A program made the position numbers and the translations under genes. Shown piece after piece: positions 49,134-60,172 of a stretch of 64,000 nt of DNA. The DNA is taken from assembly GCA_965203465.1 (NCBI GenBank), contig CBDBCR010000001.1:128001-192000 (forward strand), written 5' to 3'. The notes below the pieces were generated by a model that had not been told where the DNA came from, searched no databases, and saw only the letters and a program-made list of their open reading frames with translations. Numbering within the stretch: the first letter of the stretch is position 1; every line of letters starts with the position of its first letter. Source of the DNA: Nitrosopumilaceae archaeon (GTDB lineage Archaea; Thermoproteota; Nitrososphaeria; Nitrososphaerales; Nitrosopumilaceae).

Positions 49134-49337
49134 ATGGCTAGCGAAAAGCCCGCGCAGCCCGGAAACGGCGCGGATCCGCACGCCAAGCCGCGCATCTCCA
49201 ACCGGTACCCGAGGCCGCTCAACGCGGAGGACTGGGAGAGGCTCTTGGAGAACCTCAAACGCGGCCCGACTCCCGCCCAGCGCAAGGCGGTGGACGATGC
49301 CCTGCAACTCGCCAAGCGCGTGAAACTGGCCGAATAG
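49134..49337 (+). CDS. Small putative antitoxin (resembles the DUF1778/TacA C-terminal region)
   Basis: LNAEDWERLLENLKRGPTPAQRKA, immediately upstream of a GNAT toxin-like gene. Confidence 0.6.
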   Translation: MASEKPAQPGNGADPHAKPRISNRYPRPLNAEDWERLLENLKRGPTPAQRKAVDDALQLAKRVKLAE

Positions 49338-49399
49338 GCGGGTGCCCGACGGAATCGTACATATGGGGCCCCGGGGCGCGGCCGCACCAGACGAGAATC

Positions 49400-49888
49400 A
49401 TGGACGATCCCCCATACGACGGCATCGTGGTCAAGAAAATGTCCGGCACGGACGTGGCGGACGGCTTCGAATGCGCAAAACCCGAGTTTGCCGAGCATCT
49501 GCGCGCGGCGGCCCCTCACCACCAGCGGGAACTAATCGGCCAGCCGTATCTTTTCACGCGCGGGGGCGAAATACTGGGGTACGTCGTATTGGCGGCCTCG
49601 CGCTTGGGCGCAAAAGACCGACAGAGCGCCGGCGCGCACGGGATCGTCCCGGCCGTTTTGATCACCTACATGGCCACGCACAAGCGCCACGAGCGGCGGG
49701 GCATAGGAAGGCTGATGGTGTCGTGGTCCGTCTCGCAGGCAAAAGCCATATCACGGGGCATGGGTTGCAGACTCGTCACGGTCAACTCGGAACCGGACGT
49801 ATCCGAGTTTTACGCAAAGCTCGGCTTCGTCCGGGCGTCCGAGCAGGAAGACGGCTGCGTGGCGATGTACCTCGACATAGCGGACTGA
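49400..49888 (+). CDS. GNAT acetyltransferase, TacT/AtaT-toxin-like
   Basis: Motifs FECAKPEFAEHL, ILGYVVL, VPAVLITYMA, RRGIGR, GCRLVTV and FYAKLGF. Confidence 0.85.
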   Translation: MDDPPYDGIVVKKMSGTDVADGFECAKPEFAEHLRAAAPHHQRELIGQPYLFTRGGEILGYVVLAASRLGAKDRQSAGAHGIVPAVLITYMATHKRHERRGIGRLMVSWSVSQAKAISRGMGCRLVTVNSEPDVSEFYAKLGFVRASEQEDGCVAMYLDIAD

Positions 49889-50002
49889 CCCGGCCCGTCC
49901 GGGGATCCTCGGCCGCCGCGCAAACCCGCAAGCGGCTACGGGCCACCCGCGGCGCGGCTGGCCGGGGTGCGCACAAATAGGGGAGGGCCGGCAAGTATCC
50001 CG

Positions 50003-50761
50003 TTGCTCGTATCGGCCGCCCAGCTTGAAGCCGTGGACGGGCACGTCATACTGGACTGCCGCGGCTTTGCGGACTACAAAAAGTCCCACATACCCGGCGC
50101 CGTCAACCTCGACGTCTTTGCGTTCCACTGGTACGACACGAGCCCTGCCGGGCTCGACGGCTTCGTCTCGCAGGCGAGGCGGCTCGCCTCGCACGCCGGC
50201 GTCTGCCCGCAGCGCCGGGCCGTCTTTTACGACGACCGATCCGGCATGCTGGCCGCGCGCGGCCTGTGGATGGCAAAGCTGCTGGGGCACCCGGACGCGG
50301 CCATGCTCGACGGGGGCCTCGCGGCGTGGTCCGCCGGCGGCCGGCCGCTCGAGGAGGGCACGCGCGCCTTTAGCCCGTGCGGCGAGCCGCCCGGCACCGA
50401 CCGCTCGGTGCTGATAGGTAGGGACGAGCTGGCATCCGGCCTGGAGAGCCTGCGCGTCATCGACGCGCGCTCCGAGGCCGAGTATCGCGGGCGCGACGTG
50501 AGGGCCGCGCGCGGCGGCCACGTGCCCGGCGCGGACAACATCGACTGGGCCGAGAACCTGAACCCGGACGGCTCGTTCAAGAGCCCCGAGCGGCTGCGCG
50601 CCTTGTACGGGCCCGACCGCCCCACGGCGGTGTACTGCCACGGCGCGTACCGGGCGGCAAACACGTTCGTGGCGATGCGCCTTGCCGGCTATTCGGACGT
50701 GCGCGTGTACCTGGGATCGTGGGGCGAGTGGGGCAACCTGGATCTGCCCGCCGAAAGCTAG
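50003..50761 (+). CDS. Two-domain rhodanese/thiosulfate sulfurtransferase
   Basis: Motifs HIPGA, LDGG, DARSEAEY, GHVPGA, YCHGAYRA and YLGSWGEW. Confidence 0.93.
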   Translation: MLVSAAQLEAVDGHVILDCRGFADYKKSHIPGAVNLDVFAFHWYDTSPAGLDGFVSQARRLASHAGVCPQRRAVFYDDRSGMLAARGLWMAKLLGHPDAAMLDGGLAAWSAGGRPLEEGTRAFSPCGEPPGTDRSVLIGRDELASGLESLRVIDARSEAEYRGRDVRAARGGHVPGADNIDWAENLNPDGSFKSPERLRALYGPDRPTAVYCHGAYRAANTFVAMRLAGYSDVRVYLGSWGEWGNLDLPAES

Positions 50762-52848
50762 GCCCTGCGGGCGCGCCAGACGAACTTGTTGTATATGGCC
50801 TCGGGGCTGACCTGCCTGAACGGGGCGGCGCCGCCAGAGTACCACTTTGTGAAAAACTCGTACAGGTGCAGCCTGAGCGCCTGTATGTACACTATCAGGC
50901 CCTCTATCATCATTATGCCGAGGTTGCCGCCGACTATCATGGCGATGGCCCCCGCCGACGAGGCGCCGCCAAGCTGCACGTACGCGTTGTTGACGGTCAG
51001 CAGCAGCGCCGCGTGAACGAGCAGCATGATCCCGAGGCGCGCGTAGCTTATGGTATGCGCCAGCGATTCTATGGTCTTTGCCAGCAGCACCTCCATGAGC
51101 ACGCTTGCCGGATCGCCGTCCTCGGGGTGCTTTCTGGTGTGGAGTATGCCGCCTATGATCATGGTCACCATCGAGGCCAGGACCGTCACGACCGCTATGC
51201 GGGTGACTATCCAGACCTGCGCCCACTCGCCAAGGAATATCGTCACCCACGGCACCGGCTCGGCGTGCGCGCGCGAGTACATGTTCATCACGTCGTACTG
51301 GGCGCCGATGGCGCACATCATTATCACCACGATGCCGCCGTACAGGGTCAGGTTGGGCAGGGCCTCCGTGTACACGGCCAGCTTTTGGCCCCTTTTGTAC
51401 ATGGTCCGTATGCGCAGCACCATGGCCCAGACCAGGTGTATGATGCCCAAGAACAGCGAGACCTTGAGTATGTCTATGACCTGGTCAAAGCTCAGCTCTG
51501 CCACGCTCAGCACCCCGACTATCCAGGACGCCGCGTACAGCGCGCCGCCCTCCTCGAAGAGGCCCTCAAAGGGCCCCAGGTGGTCGAGGTGGTACCCGAA
51601 GACCTCGCCCGTACCCACGCCGGCTATGGCCGACGCTGCCCCCGATATGGCGATGAGCATGCCCCACCGCGAGAGCGTCCCCTGCCCCTTTGCCTTGAAG
51701 AGCAGGCCCATGCCCATCAGCAGCAGGCCGTGGCCCAGGTCGGCGAACATTATCCCGTAGAATATGGGCCACATGAGCGCTATCATCGGGGTGGGGTCGG
51801 CCTCGCCCCTCTTGGGTATCCCCTGGCTCTGCGTGATCACCTCGAAGGTCCGCACGAACCTCTTGTTCTGTATCAGGGTGGGGGCGTCCTGCCCCTTTGG
51901 CACGTCCTCGACGACGGCCGTCCAGCCCTCGGCGGCCTTTACGAACTTTGATTCCATGCGCTCGGGTATGTACCCGCGTATTACAGCAAAGTTGCGCGTG
52001 CCGCCCGGCTTCCTGAGCGTCTCGAGCACCTCCTTCGCCGTCCGCGCGGCCTCGTGCATCGCCAGCAGGTCCCTCCTGCCCGACTTTGCGGCCGACGATA
52101 TCTCCTTGCCGAGCGACTTTAGGCGGGCCGACAGCTCGGTCGCCTTTGCGTCGGCGGCCGCCCAGGCCCGGCTGGGCACCTGCGGCATGCCCTCCGGTAT
52201 GGAAAACTGCGAGGCGTTGAAGGCGCGCATCGTCTTTGATATTTTTTCGGCGTCGCGCGCGTCGGCCACCACCAGCAGCGCCGAGCCGTCCTTCGATTCT
52301 AGCGGAAAGCGGTAGGACGCGCAGTCGAGCGACTTTTCGGCCTCGGGCACGTCCCGCGAGGCCAGCGTGAACAGGCCCGCGTAAAAGTGCCTGCTGGTGC
52401 CGACGCCGGCAAGATCCACGCCGAGCTTTCTGGCCGCGGCCAGCGTGTCCCTGAGCGACGAGTACTCTTCGAGCGAGCGCTTGGCCGAGGCGCGCTCCTC
52501 GAGCAGGGCGGCGGCCTTTTCGACGGCCTTTGGCACGCGCGCCTCCAGATCCGCCACCATCCCCTGTATCTGCTCTATCTCGAACTCTTTCTTCTTGATC
52601 ACCGTCCCCTTGAAGAGTATCTCCAGTATCCCGACGGTCGGCGGCAGGCCCAGGCCCTTTACCACGCCGTCCACTGCCTGGTAGGCCTGCTGCGCCCTGA
52701 GCAGCAGGTCGTCTATCTGGGGCGTGACTATGTCGGCGTCGGAGTCTATCTTGTGGAACCAGTCGAACTCGGCCAGCCTCGAGACCGCCTTTTGCGACTC
52801 GTCGCGGGGCAGTATCACGCTGCCGATCTTGAGGTCAGCTACTGCCAA
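50758..52848 (-). CDS. atpI: A-type ATP synthase subunit I
   Basis: Motifs DPTP, FYGIMFADLGHG, HTISYARL and QALRLHLYEFF. Confidence 0.96.
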   Translation of the reverse strand: MAVADLKIGSVILPRDESQKAVSRLAEFDWFHKIDSDADIVTPQIDDLLLRAQQAYQAVDGVVKGLGLPPTVGILEILFKGTVIKKKEFEIEQIQGMVADLEARVPKAVEKAAALLEERASAKRSLEEYSSLRDTLAAARKLGVDLAGVGTSRHFYAGLFTLASRDVPEAEKSLDCASYRFPLESKDGSALLVVADARDAEKISKTMRAFNASQFSIPEGMPQVPSRAWAAADAKATELSARLKSLGKEISSAAKSGRRDLLAMHEAARTAKEVLETLRKPGGTRNFAVIRGYIPERMESKFVKAAEGWTAVVEDVPKGQDAPTLIQNKRFVRTFEVITQSQGIPKRGEADPTPMIALMWPIFYGIMFADLGHGLLLMGMGLLFKAKGQGTLSRWGMLIAISGAASAIAGVGTGEVFGYHLDHLGPFEGLFEEGGALYAASWIVGVLSVAELSFDQVIDILKVSLFLGIIHLVWAMVLRIRTMYKRGQKLAVYTEALPNLTLYGGIVVIMMCAIGAQYDVMNMYSRAHAEPVPWVTIFLGEWAQVWIVTRIAVVTVLASMVTMIIGGILHTRKHPEDGDPASVLMEVLLAKTIESLAHTISYARLGIMLLVHAALLLTVNNAYVQLGGASSAGAIAMIVGGNLGIMMIEGLIVYIQALRLHLYEFFTKWYSGGAAPFRQVSPEAIYNKFVWRARRA

Positions 52849-52942
52849 GCCGGGCACGCGCCCCGCGTTCGGGTTTAATACCTTTCCAGCGCCGGATCCG
52901 GCCCGACAAACATTAAAAGCCGCACCCCCGGGGCCCCGCCCG

Positions 52943-53539
52943 TTGGCAGATTCTGCACTGCAACAGACCATAGACAAGGTGCTGGGCCGCACCGAATCGG
53001 AGATCTCCGAAAAGATAGAGGCGGCCGCCTCGGCCGCGAGGTCCTCCTTGGACGAGGAGGCCTCGGCGCTGGAGGCCGAATACGACCGGATCGTGGCCGC
53101 CGGCGCAAAAGAGGCCGAAAAGGCCGAAAAGCAGATAGTCGGCGGCGCCGACCTAGAGGCGCGCAACAAGAGGCTCGTGGCCGTCGAGGAATCGATAGGG
53201 CGAGTATTCGACGAGGCCGTCTCGCGCATACGCTCGGCCGAGCGCGACGACGCGTACGCCGCCCTGCTAGGCTCGCTATTCGACGAGGCCGCCGGCGTGC
53301 TCGGGACCTCCGAGATTACGGTATACGCCAACGGCAGGGACCGCGCCCTGGTGGAGCGGATGCTCCCCAAATACCCCGGCTCGCAGCTCTCGGCCGAGCA
53401 GCTGGACTGCATGGGGGGCCTGCGGGCCGTCTCGCGCGACGGCACGATGAGCTTTGACAATACCTTGGACGCCCGGCTCGAGCGCTTGAAGCCTTTAATA
53501 AGGAAGGAAATCGCGGCGAGCTTCGGATTGGGTGATTGA
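52943..53539 (+). CDS. atpE: A-type ATP synthase subunit E
   Basis: Helical N-terminus and MGG...FDNTLDARL; first gene of the operon. Confidence 0.9.
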   Translation: MADSALQQTIDKVLGRTESEISEKIEAAASAARSSLDEEASALEAEYDRIVAAGAKEAEKAEKQIVGGADLEARNKRLVAVEESIGRVFDEAVSRIRSAERDDAYAALLGSLFDEAAGVLGTSEITVYANGRDRALVERMLPKYPGSQLSAEQLDCMGGLRAVSRDGTMSFDNTLDARLERLKPLIRKEIAASFGLGD

Positions 53540-55313
53540 TGTGGCGGCGCAGGGAAGGATAGTCTGGGTCAGCGGGCCGGCCGTAAAGGCCGACGGCATG
53601 TCCGAGGCCAAAATGTACGAGACCGTCGTGGTCGGGGATTCGAAGCTGGTCGGCGAGGTCATCAGGCTGACCGGCGACGTGGCCTTCATACAGGTGTACG
53701 AATCGACTAGCGGCCTAAAGCCGGGCGAGCCCGTGACCGGGACGGGCAGCCCCCTGAGCGTCATGCTCGGGCCGGGCATCATCGGGCAGCTGTACGACGG
53801 CATACAGAGGCCGCTTCGCGAGCTGTCAAAGGCATCCGGCTCGTTCATCGGGAGGGGCATCACGACCGACCCAGTCGACATGTCCAAAAAGTACCGCTTC
53901 GTCCCCTCCGTATCCGAGGGCGCGGAGGTCTCGCCGGGCGACATCATCGGGACCGTGCAGGAGACCGACCTGATAACCGACCACGGGATAATGGTTCCGC
54001 CCGACCACCCCGGCGGCAAGGTGACTAGCATCGTGCAGGAGGGCGAGTACGACTTGGAGACGGAGCTCGCATCGGTCGAGAACGCGCCCCCGCTGAAAAT
54101 GTACCACCGCTGGCCCGTCCGCAAGCCGCGCCCGTACAAGGCGCGCTACGACGCGACCATACCGCTGCTCACCGGCCAGCGCATAATCGACACGTTCTTC
54201 CCCATCGCAAAGGGGGGCACCGGGTCCATACCGGGCGCGTTCGGGACGGGCAAGACCGTCACGCTCCACCAGATAGCAAAGTGGGCCGATTCACAGGTCG
54301 TGGTCTACATCGGCTGCGGCGAGCGCGGCAACGAGATGACCGAGGTGCTCGTAGAGTTCCCCGAACTGAAAGATCCGCGCAGCGGCAAGCCGCTCATGGA
54401 CCGCACCGTCCTGGTGGCCAACACCAGCAACATGCCCGTGGCGGCCCGCGAGGCCAGCATCTACACGGGCGTGACCATAGCAGAGTACTACCGCGACATG
54501 GGCAAGGACGTCGTGCTGGTCGCCGATTCGACGAGCCGCTGGGCCGAGGCGCTGCGCGAGATGAGCGGCAGGCTCGAGGAGATGCCCGCAGAAGAGGGGT
54601 ACCCGTCGTATTTGGCCTCGAGGCTGGCAGAGTTTTACGAGCGCGCCGGGCGCGTGCGCGCATCGGGCGGCCCCGACCGCGACGGCTCGGTGACCCTCGT
54701 GGGCGCGGTCTCGCCGTCGGGCGGCGACTTTACCGAGCCGGTCACCACGCATACCATGAGGTTCATCAAGACGTTCTGGGCGCTCGACGCAAAGCTCGCG
54801 TATTCCAGGCACTACCCGTCCATAAACTGGATGAACAGCTATTCGGGGTACTTGGGCGACATCGCAAAGTGGTGGAGCGACAACGTCAGCGACGAGTGGT
54901 TTTCGATGCGTAGCGAGGCGTACAGGATACTGCAGCAGGAGGACAAGCTGCGCGAGATTGTGCAGCTGCTCGGCCCCGAGGCGCTGCCCGAGGAGGAAAA
55001 GCTGACCCTCGAGGTGGCCCGCATGATAAAGATCGGGCTGCTGCAGCAGAACTCGTTCGACGAGGTGGACACGTACTGCAGCACCGAAAAGCAGATGCGC
55101 CTGCTAAAGCTCATGGTGCAGTTTTACCGGCGCGGCGGGCAGGCCATCAAGGAGGGCGCGGCCGTCTCGGACATACGCGCCATGCCGGTAGTGCCGGCGC
55201 TGCTAAAGGCGCGCATGGAGGTGCCCGACGAAAAGCTGGCAGAGCTCGAGGGGCTGGCCTCCCAGATGGAGGAGCAGTTCCGCCAGGCCGCGGGGGTGAA
55301 GGTGGCGAATTGA
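53532..55313 (+). CDS. atpA: A-type ATP synthase subunit A
   Basis: Motifs [30 protein letters not shown] and EEGYPSYL; no intein. Confidence 0.99.
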   Translation: MIDVAAQGRIVWVSGPAVKADGMSEAKMYETVVVGDSKLVGEVIRLTGDVAFIQVYESTSGLKPGEPVTGTGSPLSVMLGPGIIGQLYDGIQRPLRELSKASGSFIGRGITTDPVDMSKKYRFVPSVSEGAEVSPGDIIGTVQETDLITDHGIMVPPDHPGGKVTSIVQEGEYDLETELASVENAPPLKMYHRWPVRKPRPYKARYDATIPLLTGQRIIDTFFPIAKGGTGSIPGAFGTGKTVTLHQIAKWADSQVVVYIGCGERGNEMTEVLVEFPELKDPRSGKPLMDRTVLVANTSNMPVAAREASIYTGVTIAEYYRDMGKDVVLVADSTSRWAEALREMSGRLEEMPAEEGYPSYLASRLAEFYERAGRVRASGGPDRDGSVTLVGAVSPSGGDFTEPVTTHTMRFIKTFWALDAKLAYSRHYPSINWMNSYSGYLGDIAKWWSDNVSDEWFSMRSEAYRILQQEDKLREIVQLLGPEALPEEEKLTLEVARMIKIGLLQQNSFDEVDTYCSTEKQMRLLKLMVQFYRRGGQAIKEGAAVSDIRAMPVVPALLKARMEVPDEKLAELEGLASQMEEQFRQAAGVKVAN

Positions 55314-56689
55314 GCTCCGGGGGCGTGCAGTACAGCAAGATAGCCGAGATCAAGGGGCCGCTGGTCATAGTAGACGATGTGGAGAGCGCAGCGTTCGACG
55401 AGCTGGTCGAGGTCGAGACTTCGGACGGCGCGCACCGCCTGGGCAAGGTGCTCGAGGTGGGCAACGGCAAGGCCATCGTCCAGGTCTTCGAGGGGACCAC
55501 GGGCCTGTCGGTGGCCGGCACCAAGGCAAAGTTCGTCGGCAAGGTCATGGAGATGCCCGTCTCGCGCGAGGTGCTCGGGCGCGTCTTCGACGGCTTGGGC
55601 CGCCCCAAGGATGGCCTGCCCGACCCGATAGCCGACAAGTTCGTCGACATCAACGGCGAGCCGATGAACCCCGAGCAGCGCGAGTACCCCAAGGACTTCA
55701 TCCAGACGGGCGTCTCTGTCATAGACGGCATGATCACGCTGGTCCGGGGCCAGAAACTGCCCATCTTTTCGGGATCGGGCATGTCGCACAACCTGCTGGC
55801 AGCCCAGATAGCGCGGCAGGCCACGGTGCTCGGCTCCGGCGAGGACTTTGCCGTGGTGTTCGCGGCCATCGGCGTGCAGTACAGCGAATCCGAATACTTT
55901 AGGCGCAGCCTCGAAGAGTCGGGAGCGCTCAAGCGCAGCGTCCTGTTCCTGAACCTGGCCGACGATCCGGCCATAGAGAGGATAATCACCCCGCGCGTGG
56001 CGCTGACCGTCGCCGAGTACCTCGCCTTCGACCTGGGCATGCACGTGCTGGTCATACTGACGGACATGACGAATTACGCCGAGGCGCTGCGCGAGATCAG
56101 CGCGGCGCGCGAGGAGGTGCCCGGCCGCAAGGGGTACCCCGGGTACCTGTACACCGACCTGTCCACCATATACGAGAGGGCCGGCAAGCTCATCGGCCGC
56201 AAGGGCAGCGTCACGCAGGTGCCCATACTGTCCATGCCGTCCGACGACATCACGCACCCCATACCAGACCTTACCGGATACATAACGGAGGGGCAGGTGG
56301 TGCTCGGCCGCGACCTGTTCAGGCAGGGCGTGTACCCGCCGGTCAACATACTGATGAGCCTCAGCCGCCTAATGAAGGACGGCATCGGCGAGGGGCGCAC
56401 GCGCGAGGACCACGGCGAGATCTCCAACCAAAACTACGACGCGTACTCGCGCGCCCAGGAGGTCCGGGCGCTGGCGGACATCGTGGGCAGGCCCGGCCTG
56501 ACCGAGATCGACCTCAAATACATGGACGTGGGCGACGCGTTCGAGGGCCAGTTCCTCACGCAGGCCACCGACGAGAACCGCACGATAGAAGAGACGCTCG
56601 GGCTGCTCTGGAAGATAGTCTCGAAACTGCCGCGCAACGAGCTGACAAAGGTCAAGGACAAGTACGTCGACCGCCACTACGGGGGATAG
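55310..56689 (+). CDS. atpB: A-type ATP synthase subunit B
   Basis: Motifs [22 protein letters not shown] and [14 protein letters not shown]. Confidence 0.99.
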   Translation: MSSGGVQYSKIAEIKGPLVIVDDVESAAFDELVEVETSDGAHRLGKVLEVGNGKAIVQVFEGTTGLSVAGTKAKFVGKVMEMPVSREVLGRVFDGLGRPKDGLPDPIADKFVDINGEPMNPEQREYPKDFIQTGVSVIDGMITLVRGQKLPIFSGSGMSHNLLAAQIARQATVLGSGEDFAVVFAAIGVQYSESEYFRRSLEESGALKRSVLFLNLADDPAIERIITPRVALTVAEYLAFDLGMHVLVILTDMTNYAEALREISAAREEVPGRKGYPGYLYTDLSTIYERAGKLIGRKGSVTQVPILSMPSDDITHPIPDLTGYITEGQVVLGRDLFRQGVYPPVNILMSLSRLMKDGIGEGRTREDHGEISNQNYDAYSRAQEVRALADIVGRPGLTEIDLKYMDVGDAFEGQFLTQATDENRTIEETLGLLWKIVSKLPRNELTKVKDKYVDRHYGG

Positions 56690-56691
56690 GG

Positions 56692-57324
56692 TTGTCGTTC
56701 GGGCAGAACGTGGCCACCACCAAGATAGAGCTGCTAAAGTACAAGCGCTCCGGGCAGGTGGCCGGCATGGTCCAAAAGATACTCGACGACAAGCGCAAGG
56801 TGATACTGAAAAACATCGAAGAAATGATAGACGAGGCCTCGAAGGCGCGCGGCGGCATCTGGGATCCGCTGCAGGACATCTACAAGTCCGTAGACGAGGC
56901 GTACCTTGCGCTGGGCACCGGCACGGTGGATTCGGTCGCCGAATCGACGCCGCCCGTAATGGAGGTGGAATCGAGCGTGCGCCGCGTCGTGGACGTAAAG
57001 ATAACCTCGCTTTCGGTCACCGAAAAGGAGGCCGGCTCCATGCCGTACGGCTTTGCCGACACCAACTCGTCGGTGGACCGCGCAGCCAAGCAGATAAAGG
57101 AGCTGCTGCCGCAGATCTGCAAGGCCGCCGAGTACGAAAATTCCATATTCAGCCTGGCAAAGGCGCTCGAAAAGACGCAAAAGCTGCTCAACGCCCTAGA
57201 GAACGTCATAATACCGCGGTACCGGCACCGGATCAAGTTCATACTGGCCACGCTCGAGGAGCGCGAGCGCGAAGAGTTCGCAAAGCTGAAAAAAGTAAAG
57301 GCGGCCATGGAGAAGAGAAAGTGA
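56692..57324 (+). CDS. atpD: A-type ATP synthase subunit D
   Basis: Motifs TKIEL, NALENVIIP and LEEREREEF. Confidence 0.96.
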   Translation: MSFGQNVATTKIELLKYKRSGQVAGMVQKILDDKRKVILKNIEEMIDEASKARGGIWDPLQDIYKSVDEAYLALGTGTVDSVAESTPPVMEVESSVRRVVDVKITSLSVTEKEAGSMPYGFADTNSSVDRAAKQIKELLPQICKAAEYENSIFSLAKALEKTQKLLNALENVIIPRYRHRIKFILATLEEREREEFAKLKKVKAAMEKRK

Positions 57325-57455
57325 TGGCCCGCGAACAGGTGAGGCGCATGGTCGAAGACGCAAAGGCTGCCGTGCAAAAGGAAGCCCAGGAGGCGGCCGG
57401 CCGCGTGCGCGAAGAGATAGGCGCCATGAAAAAAGAGACGCTCGACAAGGTATAG
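57324..57455 (+). CDS. 43-aa charged helical protein coupled to atpD
   Basis: TGATG overlap; MAREQVRRMVEDAKAAVQKEAQEAAGRVREEIGAMKKETLDKV. Confidence 0.65.
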   Translation: MAREQVRRMVEDAKAAVQKEAQEAAGRVREEIGAMKKETLDKV

Positions 57456-57456
57456 C

Positions 57457-58104
57457 ATGCTGGACTTGACGCTGCCGCTGGGCGAGGACACGCCGCAGTT
57501 TCCAGGCTCGCCGCGGCCGCACATGGTGCGGTGGGCCGAGCAGGCCAGGGACGGGTATTCCATGGAGGTGATGGCGGCGAGCACGCACGCGGGCACGCAC
57601 ATCGACGCGCCCTCGCACTTTGCGCGCGGAGGGGCCAGCGTCGACCGCATCCCGCTCTCGAGGCTGGTGCGCCGGCCCGCCGTCCTGGTCTGCGCCCGGC
57701 GCGGCCCCGGCGGCAGCGTGGGGGCCGGCGACATCGAGTCTTTCGAGGCCGAAAGCGGCCGCATAGGGCGGGGCGCGGCCGTCGTGCTGTTCACCGGGTG
57801 GCAGTCGCACCTGCGCCGGGCCGACTTTTTCACGCGCAACCCCGGCCTGACGCGCGCGGCGGCCCGCCTGCTGGCCTCGCGCCGGCCGTGCCTCGTGGGC
57901 ACCGACGCGCCGAGCATAGACCGCGGCGGCGACGCGGGCTTTCCGGCGCACCGCGAGCTGCTCGGCCGCGGCGTGCCGGTGGTGGAGAACCTGGCCAACC
58001 TGGAGCGGCTGAAGTGCGGCAGTTTTGAGATCACGGTCATGCCCGCGAGGCTAAAGGGGGCCTCGGGGGCGCCGGTGCGCGCGGCGGCGGAGTGCGACGC
58101 TTGA
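57457..58104 (+). CDS. Cyclase-family metal-dependent hydrolase (KynB-like)
   Basis: Motifs THAGTHIDAPSH, VGTDAPSID, VENL and GAPVRA. Confidence 0.92.
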   Translation: MLDLTLPLGEDTPQFPGSPRPHMVRWAEQARDGYSMEVMAASTHAGTHIDAPSHFARGGASVDRIPLSRLVRRPAVLVCARRGPGGSVGAGDIESFEAESGRIGRGAAVVLFTGWQSHLRRADFFTRNPGLTRAAARLLASRRPCLVGTDAPSIDRGGDAGFPAHRELLGRGVPVVENLANLERLKCGSFEITVMPARLKGASGAPVRAAAECDA

Positions 58105-58279
58105 GCCCGGGCCCGGCCGAAGCGGCCCGCGCGCTGCCGTCAAACCTGCCCACGCCCCGATCGCGCCAATACTATGACACCACTCAGATGTATTTCCCTT
58201 CACACCAGCATGCGTCCGAAGTACGAGGAAAATTGCTTCGGCGTGGTGTTATATATACAGCGAAGCGGCCGGAAGGGCA

Positions 58280-58735
58280 ATGTCCGGAACGGCGATCTTG
58301 GTCGCGCCGTTGCTCGCACTCGCGCTGCTCGTCCCGCCCACAACTCTCAACGCATGGCACGTGCCAGAATCTGAGCCGGCACAAGCGGGCGGAGACGGAC
58401 AGACGGGCGGCATCGTCCTTTACGATCAGCTGTTTCCGGAAACGGACGTTTCGGACGCAACGAAGCAAAAAGTCGCCGACAACCTCCTGAATTCGCAACC
58501 GATCGCGATGCCGCTTCCGGACGGGCAAGAAGAGCTCGGCCGGCAGGCTGTGGAACTGATACGCACCATCAACACGACAACCGACGAAGCTCTCAAAGAA
58601 CAGAAACAAAGAGAACTGGATCGGATGACGGTGCCCCTGCTCGAAGCCGGGATCGTGATTGCGGAAAAGTACCACGACGATCCGGAAGCATGGAAAGCGT
58701 TGCTGGAGGAGCTTGAAGACGACGGCGCCGGTTGA
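58280..58735 (+). CDS. Secreted hypothetical protein (atypical codon usage)
   Basis: Signal peptide, own TTATATATA promoter, lower GC. Confidence 0.7.
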   Translation: MSGTAILVAPLLALALLVPPTTLNAWHVPESEPAQAGGDGQTGGIVLYDQLFPETDVSDATKQKVADNLLNSQPIAMPLPDGQEELGRQAVELIRTINTTTDEALKEQKQRELDRMTVPLLEAGIVIAEKYHDDPEAWKALLEELEDDGAG

Positions 58736-58896
58736 CCGCATGCGCCGGAATTCGATCCCGGCGGCCGGCGTGACGGAGGCCCGCCCGGACGGAGAACGGA
58801 TTGCGGCAGGAATCGGCCGGGCCGTTGGGCTCCAGGTTGCCGCAAAGCGGGGCCCTCCTGCAAAGATTAAAAACGGCACGCGCGCGCCCCCCGCGC

Positions 58897-59925
58897 ATGG
58901 CAAAGAACGTCTATGCCTCCGTAAAGGCGTACGGCAAGCGCGGCAAGCTGCTATCCGCGTCTGACCTGCGCACCCTGGCCGAGTCGCGCGACTTGGACGA
59001 GCTGGTCACGCGCATAAAAAACACCACCTACGAAGAGGCAGTCTCGGAGCTAAAGGCGCCCTTTACGGCGCGCGCCATCGAGAGCGCCCTGCGCGGGCAC
59101 CTTGCCGGCATCCACTATTCGATAGCAAAGACTGTCGGCGCGTCCGACGTGCTCGACGCGTATTACACGCGCTTCATCGTGACCAACCTAAAGATGGTGC
59201 TAAAGGGCAAGGCGCTGGGCAAGCCGCAGGAGGAGATAGAGCCGCAGGTCAACCTGCGCGCCGAAGAGCTGGTCCGCATGCGCGACGTGGTGGTAAAGGC
59301 CATGGTGGCGCGCGACATGGAGGAGGCGGTCGCGACCCTCTCGCAGTCGAGCATGGGCGAAGAGGCAGCAAAGGCGGCGGCCCTGTACTCGGAAAAGGGC
59401 CACCTGCAGGCGTTCGACGCGTTCTTCGACAGGATAACCTATTCGCACTTGGGCAGGGCGCGCAAGCGCGCGGCCGACTCCGAGGCCGAGCGGCTGGTGG
59501 GCCTGGACATCGACTTTTACAACATCATGTCGGCGCTGCGCGCAAAGTTCTGGGGGCTCGACGAGGCGCAGGCCGAAGAGCTCGCAGTCTCGTACACGCC
59601 GTCTGCCCCCCGCGAGCTCGTCTCGAGGATCAGGGCCGCGGCCACGCTGCGCGACGCGTTCGGCGAGCTAAACTCTACGCGCTACAAGGCGCTGGTGCCC
59701 TCGTCCGAAAAAGAGCTGGACGCGCTGGCAGAGTTCGAGCGCTCGTTCGAATCGGAGATGTACAGGGCCGCCAACAGGGCCTTTACGAAGATGTTCAGCC
59801 TCGGCACGGTGGTCGCGATCACGAAACTGACCGCCTTCGAGGTGCGCAACATGGCCGCCATCGCGTTCGCCGTAGAGCAGGGCATACCGGCAGAGACCGT
59901 GATGCCCAAACTGATCGCGGCCTAG
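58897..59925 (+). CDS. atpC: A-type ATP synthase subunit C
   Basis: Motifs YASVK, NLKMVLKGK, DIDFYNI and EVRNM. Confidence 0.92.
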   Translation: MAKNVYASVKAYGKRGKLLSASDLRTLAESRDLDELVTRIKNTTYEEAVSELKAPFTARAIESALRGHLAGIHYSIAKTVGASDVLDAYYTRFIVTNLKMVLKGKALGKPQEEIEPQVNLRAEELVRMRDVVVKAMVARDMEEAVATLSQSSMGEEAAKAAALYSEKGHLQAFDAFFDRITYSHLGRARKRAADSEAERLVGLDIDFYNIMSALRAKFWGLDEAQAEELAVSYTPSAPRELVSRIRAAATLRDAFGELNSTRYKALVPSSEKELDALAEFERSFESEMYRAANRAFTKMFSLGTVVAITKLTAFEVRNMAAIAFAVEQGIPAETVMPKLIAA

Positions 59926-59926
59926 G

Positions 59927-60172
59927 GTGGCCGGCACGATAAAGTTCCCGAAAAAAAGGGGCGGCGTGCCGCCCGACGCGCTCTACCGCATGATCTGGGT
60001 GAGCACCTTCCTCGCCCTCATATTCACCCTGCCGGCCCTCGGCGTCTTTCTCGCCGTGCACCACTACGCGGGAAACTTGGCGGTAGCGGCCGTGGCCGGG
60101 TTCGGCCTGCACTTCGTGGCCCTGGCGTTCTCCGGCCGCCTTTCGCGCTTTCTGACCCGGCTGGTCGGCTAG
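59927..60172 (+). CDS. Small two-TM membrane protein
   Basis: Starts 1 nt after the atpC stop; hydrophobic. Confidence 0.7.
   Translation: MAGTIKFPKKRGGVPPDALYRMIWVSTFLALIFTLPALGVFLAVHHYAGNLAVAAVAGFGLHFVALAFSGRLSRFLTRLVG

Noticed and set aside
1507-53460. Apparent N-terminal extensions of GlnA, Prs, UreB, Amt and AtpI in the ORF track
   Set aside because: These are artefacts of the longest-ORF rule; homology motifs and TATA boxes indicate downstream starts.
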